This document shows, one piece after another, positions 1 to 11,096 of a DNA stretch of 46,100 bases. The DNA comes from Chiloscyllium plagiosum (taxonomy: Eukaryota): assembly GCF_004010195.1 (NCBI RefSeq), contig NC_057718.1, positions 48,357,345 through 48,403,444 on the forward strand, written 5' to 3'. A program made the translations under genes and the position numbers. How positions within the stretch are numbered: position 1 is the first letter of the stretch; each line of letters starts with the position of its first letter. Under the pieces are notes generated by a model. That model was not told the origin of the DNA. It saw nothing but the letters and a program-made list of their open reading frames with translations, and did no database searches.

Positions 1-105
1 GGAGGTTATAGGGGGTATAGGGGTTGATGGAGGGTGTGGGGGTATGGGGGTGATGGACGGTATAGGGGGTGGTGGAGGGTATAGGGGGTGCTGTGTGGGG
101 CGGCG
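1..105. repeat. G-rich low-complexity repeat (GGGGGTATA/GGTGGAGG-like units), G-quadruplex-prone
   Basis: Repeated G3-G6 runs separated by short TATA/TG spacers, directly visible. Confidence 0.75.
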
Positions 106-115
106 GGGCCCATAC

Positions 116-188
116 TTGGAAGATGATGTCTGCGGTGAGGGCGGTGCACGGCTGTAGGGGGTGTCGGGTGCAGGCCGGCGCTAGGAGC
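116..188 (-). CDS. Candidate coding exon of the same minus-strand gene ((R)LLAPACTRHPLQPCTALTADIIFQ)
   Basis: atactgcag acceptor and CAA|gtatgg donor; 73 nt, phase-compatible with 358-413 across a 169-nt GT-AG intron. Confidence 0.35.
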
Positions 189-357
189 CTGCAGTATAAG
201 CACAGGCCCAGGCCCGAAAGCTGGGCCCTCCCCTTCGGTTGGGTTCCGCCGCCAGGAGCGAGCAGGCCTGGGCCCGCGGGAGCAGGATGAGGCGGGGGGA
301 TGGGGATGGTCAGCCAGTTCCTCCCTCCCCCCCCCCAGGGGGGGCAATGTTTCCTAC

Positions 358-413
358 CGGGGGCCGCGGCTCCTGTTGCCCGGGCGGGAGAAGAGCGCCT
401 CCGGCTCTAGCTC
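358..413 (-). CDS. Candidate coding exon of an unidentified minus-strand gene (ELEPEALFSRPGNRSRGP+CG)
   Basis: Minus-strand attctccag acceptor and CCG|gtagga donor; 56 nt, open frame, ends in phase 2. No homology recognised. Confidence 0.3.
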
Positions 414-589
414 CTGGAGAATGATGCTCGGTGTCCTCCTCCACGCTCCGTCTCAGGAAATGAGCAGAATGTGTCCCTGAGCCGCTCACACAGCGAGCTG
501 CTGGCACCACCTTCGGGAAGGTTTAATGTTTTGTGTTTATGGGGTTTTCGGGGATTGGGAACAGAAACGCAGATAGTCAGCGCTCTTCA

Positions 590-920
590 CAAACACGGTA
601 CATGACACCAGTGCCTCACAGTCGGTGAGGTACCTCTCAAGTCCTGCCACTGTTGTAAACACAGGAATCACAGCAAATTCCCTCCAAGAACAATGGGATG
701 CCATCATCTGTTTTCTTTCTGTGGGGGTAAATATTGACTTCCCTGTTGTTCTTTTAAATAATGCCATGGGATTTTTTTTTCTCTCTATATCCAGCTGAGA
801 GCGACATCTATCGCGGTTTAACCCCCTTATCCAGGTTCCTTCAGTACCAGTGTCAGCTTTGAAGGAGGTCTGGAACTCACAAGCTTGTACTGTAGATGAA
901 AGTTGCAACCACAGCTGCTC
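590..920 (-). mobile_element. Degenerate DeuSINE (SacSINE1-like)
   Basis: Motifs cactgttgtaa, taaatattg, aataatgccatgggat, cggtttaac, cagtgtcagc and a tRNA-head remnant occur in the order expected for an antisense Deu-domain SINE (recalled consensus). Confidence 0.6.
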
Positions 921-1529
921 ACATATGTACTGAACGAAAATGTATTTTATACTGAACGTAATTCTGCCAGTTTAAAAGAGTTGATATAAGATCGTTCAAA
1001 TATCAACCGTTTGTTATGAAAATAAATACATGAAGGGAGTGGAAAAGCATGAAAAGATACCTATGATGTTTCTCTTTTACAGAGAACCTTTGGGTGGTAT
1101 TGATTTGATGACGGGTTACTAACTGTCATCTTTTGGGTGGCTATATGATTGTAGCAATGAATACATGGAAGTAACTTGGGGTGGCTTGAGCTTGATGCTC
1201 CAGTGTGAAAATGTAAAAACAATGCTCTTAGGTATCTCTCTACTTAGATTTAGGAGGGTGGAATATTTATTATTCATTCATGGGCTCCTTGCAGTTTTGC
1301 CATAAAATGTAAATATAACTTGTAAATAGAATGTAAATTTGTAAATATAATAAAGTATCTCAGAGTGCCACTCTACTGAAAGAAATTGAACTGTATTGCA
1401 CACACATAACAATTCAATGCTGACATCACTTTTACAAATGAGTATTGTCTTGAAAAGAGGCTTCTGTCATACTACTAAATATGCTAATATTCAGCTGCAT
1501 GCACATAAATTATCCTGTTCAACATAGTG

Positions 1530-1632
1530 ATGTAAACAAAAACACAAATTGCTGAAGAAACAAGCATGTCTGGCAACATCTTTGAAGAGAAAGTAGAATT
1601 AATGTTTTGAGTCCAGTGAACCTTCTTCAGAA
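1530..1632 (-). mobile_element. Degenerate Penelope-like terminal repeat with hammerhead-core remnant
   Basis: Minus strand reads ctgaagaagg...ctcaaaacattaattc...; related to 9380-9512 and 45340-45402. Confidence 0.5.
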
Positions 1633-1882
1633 CAAGTAATGGTGAAAAAAATAGTTGGTTATGTTTCTGAGCAGTTTGCTTGAGAGCAGAAGCTACTCAT
1701 TTCAAGTTCAAATATGTTTTGAAGTATTTTGAGAAAATTAGTTGGTGGATATTTTAATATACCAGGCAGCTATTTCAAAAGTTTATCAGTCTCCATGGGC
1801 CTGCCAACCTTTTGCAGCATTTTCTGTTTATATGTAAATAAATTTTTTGTTCAGAAACTATTTTTCAGGATTATATGTTATC

Positions 1883-2758
1883 TTGCCCATTAGGTCTCTT
1901 TTAAATCTTACCTCTCTCACCCTAAACCTAGGCCCTCTAGTTCTCGACTCCCCCACCCCAGGGAAAAGACCTTGTCTATCGACCCTATCCATGCCCTTCA
2001 AGATTTTATAAACCTCTATAAGGTCACTCCTTAGTCTCTGACGCTTTAGGGAAAACAACTCTTGCCTATTCAGTCTCTCCATATAGCTCAAACCCTCCAA
2101 CCTTGGCAACATCCTTGTAAATTTTTTCTGAACCCTTTCAAGTTTCACAATATTCTTCCTATAGGATGGAGACCAGAATTGCACATAATATTCCAAAAGT
2201 GGCCAAATAATGCCCTGCACAGCTGCAACATGACCTCCCAACTCCTATACTCAATGCTCTGACTAATAAAGGCAAGCATACGAAACGCCTTCTTCACTAA
2301 CCTGTCTACCTGTGACTCCACTCCAAGGTTTCTTTGTTTAGAAACACTCCTCAGGACCTTCTATTAAGTGTATAAGTCCTGCCCTGATTTGTATTTCCAA
2401 AATGCAGCACCTCACATTTATCTAATTAAACTCCATCTGCCACACCTTGGTCCATTGGCTCATGTGATCAAGATCCCTTTGTAATCTGAGGTTACCTTCT
2501 TCACTGTCCACTAAATCTCCAATTTTGATGTCATCTGCAAACTTACTAACTATACCTCCTATTTTCACATCCAAATCATTTATATAAATGTCTAAGAGCA
2601 GTGGACTCAGCAGAGATCCTTGTGGCACACTTCTGGTCACAGGCCTCCAGTCTGAAAAATCAACCCTCTACCACCACCCTCTGTCCTTTATTTTCGAGCC
2701 ATTCTGTAGCCAAGTGGATGCTTCTTCCTGTATTTCATGTGATCTAACCTTGCTAATC
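1883..2758 (-). mobile_element. CR1/HER1 LINE fragment (RT C-terminal part)
   Basis: ORFs give VPQGSLL, SKFADD and LEYYVQFWSP..LERVQKKFTRMLP; frameshifted and deleted. Confidence 0.93.
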
Positions 2759-3607
2759 TGTACTCAAAATAAATTAGCTATAATTTTAACTGTGAACTAT
2801 TTATTATTTTCATATTGTATGAATTGTTGGCAAAGGCTGAAAACTGCCATCAATTTATACAATGTTTCTGCTGTAATTTGCTTGGGATGGACAATAAATG
2901 TTGCCTTTGCCAGTTCAATGAGACTGTCATTATGTTGGGGTATAGAGTTAAAGTACTGATACAGCATTTGGAATTATTAGAAATACAAGAGGGATTAGGT
3001 ACTCTGGGTAGTGAAACATCAGAATGAGGTGATATTTGATTATGGTTGACATGAAGAAGTTGTGAAAAAGCTGAAGAGGGAATTTCAAAAAAAAGGATTT
3101 TTAAAAAAGCAGAAAAAGATAAAGAAGGGGAGATGAATTAAAAATGGAAATAGAAATTAGAAAACGAGAATTACAATTGCAAAGGGAAAGGAAAGGAAGG
3201 CAAGAGACAGAAAGAAAGAGAGAAACATGAGTATCAGCTTTCAATGACATTTGTGTAAAAAGAAACATGAGATGCTGATGCAAAATCTGAAAAGGTAAAT
3301 CCGAGTCATAATCTAAAGTTCGGTAAAGGAATATTTAAATTTTTTAGGTCTGGACAAGGTTTGATAAAAAGGATGTGGAGGCATTCATTATGGAAAATAG
3401 CTGACAGATTATTTGGTCAAAGAGAGCCTGGGCACTGCACAAACAGAGTAAGTCAACAAGTAAAACACTGTTCAAGGAGGTTTTTAGGGATTATTGCACT
3501 GTTAAAAAAAACTACAATGGTTGCATATGAATAAGTGCAAAAGTGCATATAGGCAAAAGTGTTGAAATTTAAGGAAATATCCTGGACATGACCTATACTG
3601 ACTTTAG

Positions 3608-3819
3608 TGTCAAAAATTGTGGCTCTGGAAAAGCAAAATCAGTCAGGCAGCATCCGAGGAGCAGGAGAGTCGATGTTTCGAGCAAAAGCTGTTCGTCGAT
3701 GAACAGCTGATGCTCGAAATGTCAACTGTCCTGCTCCTTGGATGCTGCCTGACCAGCTGTGCTTTTCCAGCACCACACTTTTTGATTCTGATCTCCAGCA
3801 TCTGCAGTTCTCACTTTCT
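3608..3819 (+). mobile_element. Palindromic Penelope-derived element with 16-bp TSD
   Basis: Inverted arms centred near 3697; tail ...ccagcatctgcagttctcactttctc. TSD cctatactgactttag (3592-3607) / cctatactgattttag (3820-3835). Confidence 0.85.
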
Positions 3820-3918
3820 CCTATACTGATTTTAGAAAAGTTACATAAAGTAATTTTGACAGGTGGATACAAACATTAGGAGCTGAAACCATGTATGAAA
3901 TTCTTTTTAAATTTAACT

Positions 3919-4032
3919 TATTTTTCAAATTAACCTGTTCATAGATAATATTACACACTTCTGGAGTTGGTGAAACCTAAATCCGGGATTCCTGGTCCAG
4001 AGGTAGGGACACTACTATTGCACCAAAGAGGG
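3919..4032 (-). mobile_element. Short tRNA-derived SINE, copy 1
   Basis: Reverse complement aligns with 4586-4695 (ccctc.ttggtgca..tagtg.ccctacc.ctggacc...ctccaga.gtgtgtaa). Confidence 0.7.
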
Positions 4033-4129
4033 TCTGTGCAGATCTTAAACAGAATATTCTCTTAGATGAATTTAAAAACTCACTATTTTCCATAATAAAG
4101 CACATGTTGAGGACTAAAAGGTTCAAATT

Positions 4130-4465
4130 AGAGTCGTACAGCACGGAAACAGACCCTTCTGTCCAACTCGTCCATGCCAACTAAGTTTTCCAAAATAAAC
4201 TAATCCCACTTGCCTGTGTTTGGCCCATATTCTTCCAAATGTTTCCTATTTGTGTACTTATCCAAATGTCTTTTAAATGTTGTACCCACATCCACCACTT
4301 CCTCAGGAAGTTCATTCTACACACGAACCACCCTCTGTGGAAAATAATTGCCCTTCTTGTCTTTTTAAAATCTCTCTCCTCTCACCTTAAAAATGTGCCC
4401 CCTACTTTTGAAAGCCCCCATCCTAGGGAAAAGACAACTACCATTAACTCTATCTATACTCCACA
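4130..4465 (-). mobile_element. CR1/HER1 LINE 3' end
   Basis: Same 3' tail (agagtc.tacagcacggaaacagaccctt...) as the other CR1 copies in the window. Confidence 0.88.
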
Positions 4466-4585
4466 TTATTCCAATTGCTGGACAAGCAGCATTAATGGCT
4501 GATGATTACGAGCTAACCTATATGATTAAACCTTTTTTTCTGTCACCTCATAAATTTGAAAGGGATAGAAAGTGTTCTGGAGGAG

Positions 4586-4695
4586 CCCTCTTGTGGTGCA
4601 GGGTAGTGCCCCTACCCCTGGACCCAGAGGCCCATGTTCAAATCCACCTGCTCCAGATGTGTGTAATAATATTGTGTAGGTTGATTAGAAAAATA
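4586..4695 (+). mobile_element. Short tRNA-derived SINE, copy 2
   Basis: A-box-like tggtgcagggtag and B-box-like gttcaaatcc; inverted homologue of 3919-4032. Confidence 0.7.
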
Positions 4696-5192
4696 GTTTT
4701 TTTAAATTTAGGCAGTAGTCAGGTGGAAGGAAGCAAGTAGCCATAGTAAAGAATGGAAAGCTAGGAATGCCTCAAGACCTCCACAAAGATCAGTAAGTGA
4801 AGAACTGAGGGTGAAGGTGAAGACTGAAGGTCAAAGTGTTTCTATTAAAACAAAGTGGGACAGGTAATTTGCAATGCTGGAAGTTGTGAGAGTAACCCAT
4901 GAAACTTATTGGAGTCTGAAAAAGGAGCTTGCAAGGAAAAAGCCACATATCAAATTGTAGTTGTAACTATAAGTAAGTGGCTGAAGATAAATATTCAATC
5001 ACTGAAATGGCCAATTGTTTCCCTTTGGTACTGGTATCCAGAGTAAGAGACTTATACCAGACTTCTTCAACAAATTCAAAATACTCTATTATTTCACAAA
5101 ACCTAATCTTAAAGAAGTGACAAAACTGATTAAGACCTAAGATCCAATCTAAAATTTGAACTATATTCCCTTTTAATCTCAACATAAACACT

Positions 5193-6107
5193 CAGAGGGG
5201 CATAGAGCTGTACAGTTGTACAGCACAGAAACAGAATCTTTGGTGCAACTCATCCATGTTGACCAGATATCCTCAATTAATCTCATCCCATTTTCTAGCA
5301 TTTGGCCTATATCTCACTAAATCCTTCCGATTCGTGTACCCATCCAGGTGCCTTTTAAATATTATAATTGTACCAGCCTCCACCCCTTCTTCTGGCAGCT
5401 CATTCCATACATGCACTACCCTCTGCCCATGATGTCCCTTTTAAATATTTCTCCTCTCACCTTAAAAGTATGCCCTCTACCTTTGCACTCCGCTATCCCT
5501 ATCTATGGCCTTCATGATTTTATAAACTTCTATAAGGTCACCCCTCAGCCTACGACACTCCAGGGAAAATAGCCCCTGCCTGTTCAGCCTCTCCCTATAG
5601 CTCAAACCCTCCAACCCTGGCAACATCCTTGTAAATCTTTTCTGAACCCTTTCATGATTTACAACATCTTTCCTATAGGAGGGAGACCAGAATTGAATGC
5701 AGTATTCCAAAAATGGACTAACCAATGTCCTATACAGCCACCACATGACCTCCCAACACCTATACTCAATGCACTGACCAATAAAGGAAAGCATACCAAA
5801 CATCTCCATCACTATCCTGCCTACTTGTGACTCTACTTTCAAGGAACAATAAACTTGCACTCCAAGGTCTCCTTGTTCAGCTTCCCAGGACCTTATCATT
5901 AAGTGTATAAGTCCTGTCCTGATATGCCTTTCCAAAATGCAGCACTTCATATTTATCTAAATTAAACTCCATCTGCCATTCCTGGCCCATCAGTCCATCA
6001 GATAAAGGCCCTGTTGTACTCTGAGGTAACCTTCTTCACTGTCCACTACATCACCAATATTGGTGTTATCTGCAAACTTACTAACCATACCTCCTATGTT
6101 CACATCC
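5193..6107 (-). mobile_element. 5'-truncated CR1/HER1 LINE
   Basis: ORFs SKFADNTNIG, DLGVQV and LEYCIQFWSP, plus the conserved 3' tail. Confidence 0.93.
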
Positions 6108-6319
6108 TGCTGATGACTTTTTTTAAAAGCAAAAGAGGGGGAAAAATCTATAGACCAATGGTCTGCAAATAAAGAAAATATTGATGAATTCTCATAACCC
6201 ATTAGGCTTGTTGAATTTTATTGAATTGTTGAATTTAACTGCTGATGGACGTATCTTTTTTCTTCTGTCTCTCATTTTTTCTAAAATATTAAAGTTTGTT
6301 TTGATGAGAAAATGTACCT

Positions 6320-6795
6320 TGGAGCAACTGAGACCGGAGCAAAGCGGGATAGAGGCCTGGAGTGGTGTGGAGTGTCTGAGAGCCACATTAGAGCGGGCTG
6401 GAGGTGTGGAGTGGCTGAGAGCAGAAGCAGAGTGGGCTGGTTGCACAGAGTGGAGCGGGGTACAGTTGTTGGACTGGCATCTGATGTGGGCGTTCAGTGG
6501 CTTATGAGACCGGTCAGACCACGTGTGGAAGCCCCTGCACAGACCTAATGCAATGTAATGTTTATCTTAAATCTGTTTATCTGACTGCAATGTTTCTCCT
6601 TTTAACTGTGTCTTAATTCTAACTTATACTATGAATCACTGTAAGGTTATGCTACTTTCTTTCATCTATATCCCTCCTTTTGTATCTAAAATTTATACCT
6701 AGGTACTTTGTACCTAAGATGGCACAATGAGAGGCAATATTGTGAACCTTTCACTGTACTCCTGTACTTGACTACACATGACAATTGTAATTCAT
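6320..6795 (+). repeat. Interspersed repeat with Rex1-like 3' tail
   Basis: 3' part (gtacctaagatg...tttcactgtactcct.tacttg...catgac) recurs at 36065-36190. Confidence 0.55.
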
Positions 6796-7411
6796 ATATC
6801 AAAGAAAGATCTTTTAAACAAAGCTTCAGTTCAATTGGAAATCAAGGCGAATCCAAGTCTTTGGATGATTGTCACAGTTTAGCTTTTCAGGCCAAAATAG
6901 AGGTGTTGATTTTATCAGGTTGCTAAACTTCAACCAGGAGAAAAAGAGGTCTAGCAGCCTTACTGCTAATTACTACTGCTTTTTTCTCTCTGTTTCATTT
7001 AAACTTAAAACAGAAATCAAATACAGTCAGAGCTGCAAGGTGACCAACATCAGAGGCCACATTGTTGCTTACAAAGACAGGATCCAGTAATTAAGGGAAC
7101 TCAATCGTTTTTATTCCAGAAAGTGTCCAAATGTTCAATATCTTCAGTTTTCCACATTGTCCATAAAAATGTAACATATTTCCAAATGTGAGTGACAATT
7201 TATCATGAGGTTTGAAATTTTCATGAAATTTTGTTTTAGTATGGGGGGGGAAGTTGGGGATTTATATGTGTCTTCACTAAGAATTAGAAATAAATATTTA
7301 TTAAAGTCTCTATTAGTAAGTTGCAAGGAAGCCCCTGAGAAATTTGAGTCAAGCTGAGCCATGTGAGTGCACAGCAGGCATAGAGAGAGTGGAGAATTAC
7401 TGTAACAGTGT

Positions 7412-7547
7412 GCTTTTATTCCTGATGAAGGGCTTTTGCCCGAAACGTCGATTTTGCCTGTCCTCGGATGCTGCCTGAATTGCTGTGCTCTTCCAGCACC
7501 ACTAATCCACAATCTGGTTTCCAGCATCTGCAGTCATTGTTTTTACC
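7412..7547 (+). mobile_element. Penelope-derived terminal repeat with intact minimal hammerhead core
   Basis: Nearly identical to 39480-39596; begins attcCTGATGAagggcttttgcccGAAAcGTC. Confidence 0.85.
7418..7453 (+). ncRNA. Minimal type I hammerhead ribozyme motif
   Basis: CUGAUGA 7422-7428, extra A, stem II GGGC-UUUU-GCCC, GAAA 7442-7445, palindromic ACGU stem III, GUC cleavage triplet 7447-7449; stem I very short. Confidence 0.7.
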
Positions 7548-7548
7548 C

Positions 7549-8497
7549 TGTTATGAAATGAAGGCAGCCAAACTAAATCAGCCTCTGTATTTGCATCACA
7601 ATAAAACTAACCATCAAAGACCCCGTGGTTCCTAACCAGACTTTTGAATAACTAATTCCAGATTTTACAGATAATTAATTCCAGTCACAAACAAAATCTC
7701 AAACATAAGACAGCTGTTTACTAAATACACAAGCAAAAAATAAACAAGGTAAGCCGATTAATGCCTATGGTTTAAACCTGAAACATTTGTTTTCAGTCCC
7801 AATTCACACAAAAGATAGAGACAAACACAGTTAAGGGATAAATAAAAGAAAATAATAAAACTGGTCATTACTTAAATGGCTTTCACAATGCATTGTTTCA
7901 CAGGCATAAATGTGAACTCTGGTTGCTTTTCTGGAACAGCCAATGAGGGTTATCTACTCTGTTTACTTAGGTATAGGTTGTAACATTTCTAACTCAGCTT
8001 TCTATTCTTTGGGCTTCTGGAAGCTGATTTAGCACATTAGGCAGGAAGCTTTCAAATCTTCATGCTATCTTGTCAGCAGCCAATCTTGTTTTCCAGAAAA
8101 CATAGCTTTAAAAAAAAATTAAATTCTAGTTCTGTCCTGGGAAACAGACTATTCTTTCCCAAGGCCTAAATCACCATTCAATAATGCCAACTGAGCATAG
8201 GGTCTATTCTAGACTTGCTGGAATTGATTCTCAGGTACTGACTTCGTTACTAGCCAACTTCTGCTATCTGTTTAAACAGAATGCTCTTCCTGGGGTTGCT
8301 GTGAGTGTGTCTGTGTCTGAAAGGAATCCCTTAAATCAAGAGTCTGCTTGCAATTAATCTCCAGGCCTGGCCTCAAACAAACTGTTTAATCTGTTCTTTT
8401 TTTTAACACAAGCTGTCCAAAGCACACAATTCATAACTCCAAACAAAAATTGAAAAAAAACATAAAAATAGTGAAAACCTCAGTAAGGGTTCTAACA
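7549..8497. mobile_element. Possible solo LTR
   Basis: Bounded by TGTTATGAA...TTCTAACA terminal inverted motif, ~950 bp; no TSD seen. Confidence 0.35.
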
Positions 8498-8655
8498 AGA
8501 GTCTTGAATGGAAATTCCCTTTATCTTTCTGCCATCTGGACAGGTTATAAGTTTAAAAGAAAAGGCAAAAAGTTACAGAGCATTTCCAAACAAGACCCTG
8601 AGAATTTATATGTCCCAGTTTGTGTTTCTGCTGATTGCAGCCTGGTCACTCCTTG

Positions 8656-8950
8656 TGCCTCACAGCGCCAGAGACCCGGGTTCAATTCCCGCCTCAGGCA
8701 ACTGACTGTGTGGAGTTTGCACGTTCTCCCCGTGTCTGCGTGGGTTTCCTCCAGGTGCTCCGGTTTCCTCCCACAGTCCAAAGATGCGCAGGTCAGGTGA
8801 ATTGGCCATGCTAAAATTGCCCGTAGTGTTAGGTAAGGGGTAAATGTAGGGGTATGGGTGGGTTGCGCTTCGGTGGGTCGGTGTGGACTTGTTGGGCCGA
8901 AGGGCCTGTTTCCACACTGTAATGTAATCTAATGTAATCTAATCTAATCT
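8656..8950 (+). mobile_element. HE1 (V-SINE family) SINE, 5'-truncated, young
   Basis: B-box gggttcaattccc, V-domain tgtggagtttgcacgttctccccgtgtctgcgtgggtttcctcc, CR1-like tail and (AATCT)n; CpGs retained. Confidence 0.93.
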
Positions 8951-9051
8951 ATACAGTATAGGTTACAGGTTTAAAAGAAGTTGTGTTTGCTGACTCAGAA
9001 GAGCATATGCAGTACGGTAATTGGCAGCTGGGGTAGGGAGGTTATTATGAG

Positions 9052-9072
9052 NNNNNNNNNNNNNNNNNNNNN
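9052..9072. other. Assembly gap (21 N)
   Basis: Run of N characters. Confidence 0.99.
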
Positions 9073-9379
9073 GAGAGGTGAGGGGGTGTGGTGAAGGTAT
9101 CAATTGGGACACTGTAGGGCAGACGATCAGGGCAACGGTGGGGTTGAAAAAGGTTTACCATCGGGACCCTAGAGAGAACTGGAGGACTGTGTGTGTGGGG
9201 ACGAGAATGTGTTGGAGGAAGAGGAGGAGGATAGGTCGATGAGGAGAATGTGAGGAGCTCATTCGATCCTGATCCACCCCAAGACCCAGTCCCTTGGTTT
9301 CCTCCCAACCCCACTCTTCGATAACCCCCACTCCCCAGATGCTGGATGTCTTTTCTGCCACTGAACCTCCTTTCAACAT

Positions 9380-9512
9380 AAATAAAAATGGAAAGAACTG
9401 CGGATGCTGTAAATCAGAAAAAAAGACAGAAACTACTGGAAAAGTTCAGTGGGTATGGCAGTATCTATGGAGAGAAATCAGAGTTAACGTTCAGGTTCAG
9501 TGATCCTTCACA
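9380..9512 (-). mobile_element. Degenerate Penelope-like terminal repeat
   Basis: aactgcggatgctg...actggaaaagttcag...ggcagtatctatggagagaaa..gagttaacgttc; same layout as the other Penelope ends. Confidence 0.6.
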
Positions 9513-10312
9513 ACAACATAATGCCTGTTATGTGCACATGCACATGACGCAACAGCATAGAGGGCCTGGAACCATGTGCATGCCCTTTCCGGGTGAGCTC
9601 ACAGGGGTGGGGGACCCACGGTTTTGGTATCAGCAAACACTGATAAAGGAAAAATTGTGTGAATGTTTGGTTTATCTTAGGCATTGCTGAATGGGATTTG
9701 ATATTCTGCTGGCAGGAATGGCTGATGACTTCGACACACAGAATTTCGAGTCATGTGACTCTGACATGATTTCATTGGACTCAACTGCCAAGTGCTTTAA
9801 CTGTATGTTGCCTATTCAATGATTGCACCACATCAATGCACTTACTGCTCCTTGACTTACAGTGTTGAGTATTGATGTTAGATATTCTCATGTGTGGAAA
9901 CAGTGCTTGGGAAATATATGCTTTCCCAAAATAGGAATTAAGAAAAAATGCACAGAATATCCATCTGTTCTTACAAATGCAAAAGAAATGCATTTGTGTA
10001 TTTTTAGGACACAAATTCAAAACCTGCCGAGTCTATATGGAAAAAGAAAAGACAGAATGCAATCATGTCTGTGACATATTGCCTGCAATACATTTGAAGA
10101 AACAATGTTGGATTGTGGGACTATATCAATTGTCATACACTAGTGAAACAAATGTTAAAAGAATGACTCTCACCCTGACAAGGTAAATATTTGCAAACAG
10201 ATATATAGAACAGTCAGATCATAAGATGATGAGTTTTGTTTATATTAAGCGCCAACAGTTTGTAAAAGTGTCGAGAAAGATGTGAAAGGGTCAAGCTTCT
10301 GTATCTATTGCC

Positions 10313-10484
10313 TTACAGAAGAGGTTGTAGGAGGTCATTACCAGGATGTGATGGGTCTTTGATGATGTTGACAGCCTTTCCGCAGCAGTGACCCGTGTAA
10401 ACAAAGTCCCCAAAAGGAAAGATGGCTTCTGTGATGGTCTGGGCTGTGCACACCATCTTCTGTAGTTTCTTACTGTCCTGGGCA
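10313..10484 (-). mobile_element. Rex1/Babar LINE 3' coding fragment
   Basis: AQDSKKLQKMVCTAQTIT...KAVNIIKDPSHPGNDLLQPL, typical of the Rex1 ORF C-terminus. Confidence 0.8.
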
Positions 10485-11096
10485 GAGATATACAGCATGG
10501 AAACAGACCTTTTGGTCCAACTCATCCATGCTAACCAGATATCCTAAATTAATCCAGTCCCATCTGTCAGCATTTATCCCATATCCCTCCAAACCCTTCC
10601 TATTCATACACCAATCCAGATGCCTTTTAAATGTTCTACCAGCCTCTACCACTTCCTCTAGCGGTTCATTCCATAAACGGACCATTGCCCCTTAGCTCCC
10701 TTTCAAGTCTTTCCCTTCTCACCATAAACCTATGCCCTCTGGTTTTGGACTCTCCTACCCTGACTTTTCACCGTATCTGTGCCCGTCATGATTTTATAAA
10801 CTTCTATGAGATCACCCCACAGCCTCCGACGGTCCAGGGAAAGTAGCCCCAGCCTATTAAGACTCTCCCGATAGCTCAAATCCTCCATCCCTGGCATCAT
10901 CCTTTTAAATCTTTTCTGAACCCTTTCAAGTTTAACAATATCTTTCCTATAGCAGGGACATCAGAATCAAATGCAGTATTCCAAAACCAATGTTCTGTAC
11001 AGCCACAACATGACCTCCTACCTCCTATACTCCATGGCAATAATGGCAAGTGTACCAAATGCTTTCTTCACTACCCTGTCTACATGTGACTCCACT
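10484..11096 (-). mobile_element. 5'-truncated CR1/HER1 LINE
   Basis: WNEPLEEVVEAG..FKRHLD motif and shared 3' tail. Confidence 0.9.

Larger units (their letters stand above)
100..560. promoter_or_regulatory. CpG-island-like GC-rich region
   Basis: Dense CpG and high GC, in sharp contrast to the AT-rich, CpG-poor remainder of the window. Confidence 0.6.
2790..5100 (+). mobile_element. Decayed Gypsy (Gmr1-like, SCAN-type) gag region interrupted by four insertions
   Basis: Broken translations: coiled E/R/K-rich segment, RFDKKDVEAF, AYRQK..NLRK.PG.TYTDF, NFDRWIQTL, ILLDEFKNSL, AGQAALMADDYEL and a CCHC-like KCF...CWKL remnant. Confidence 0.65.

Noticed and set aside
9073..9370. Purine-rich then pyrimidine-rich segment next to the gap
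   Set aside because: No true inverted complementarity or recognisable family; adjacent to Ns, so assembly reliability is uncertain.
9718..10182. Possible selenoprotein (MADDFDTQ...CFN spliced T|GA into 10008)
   Set aside because: No recognisable selenoprotein motif or SECIS element; most simply a stop codon or a non-existent splice.
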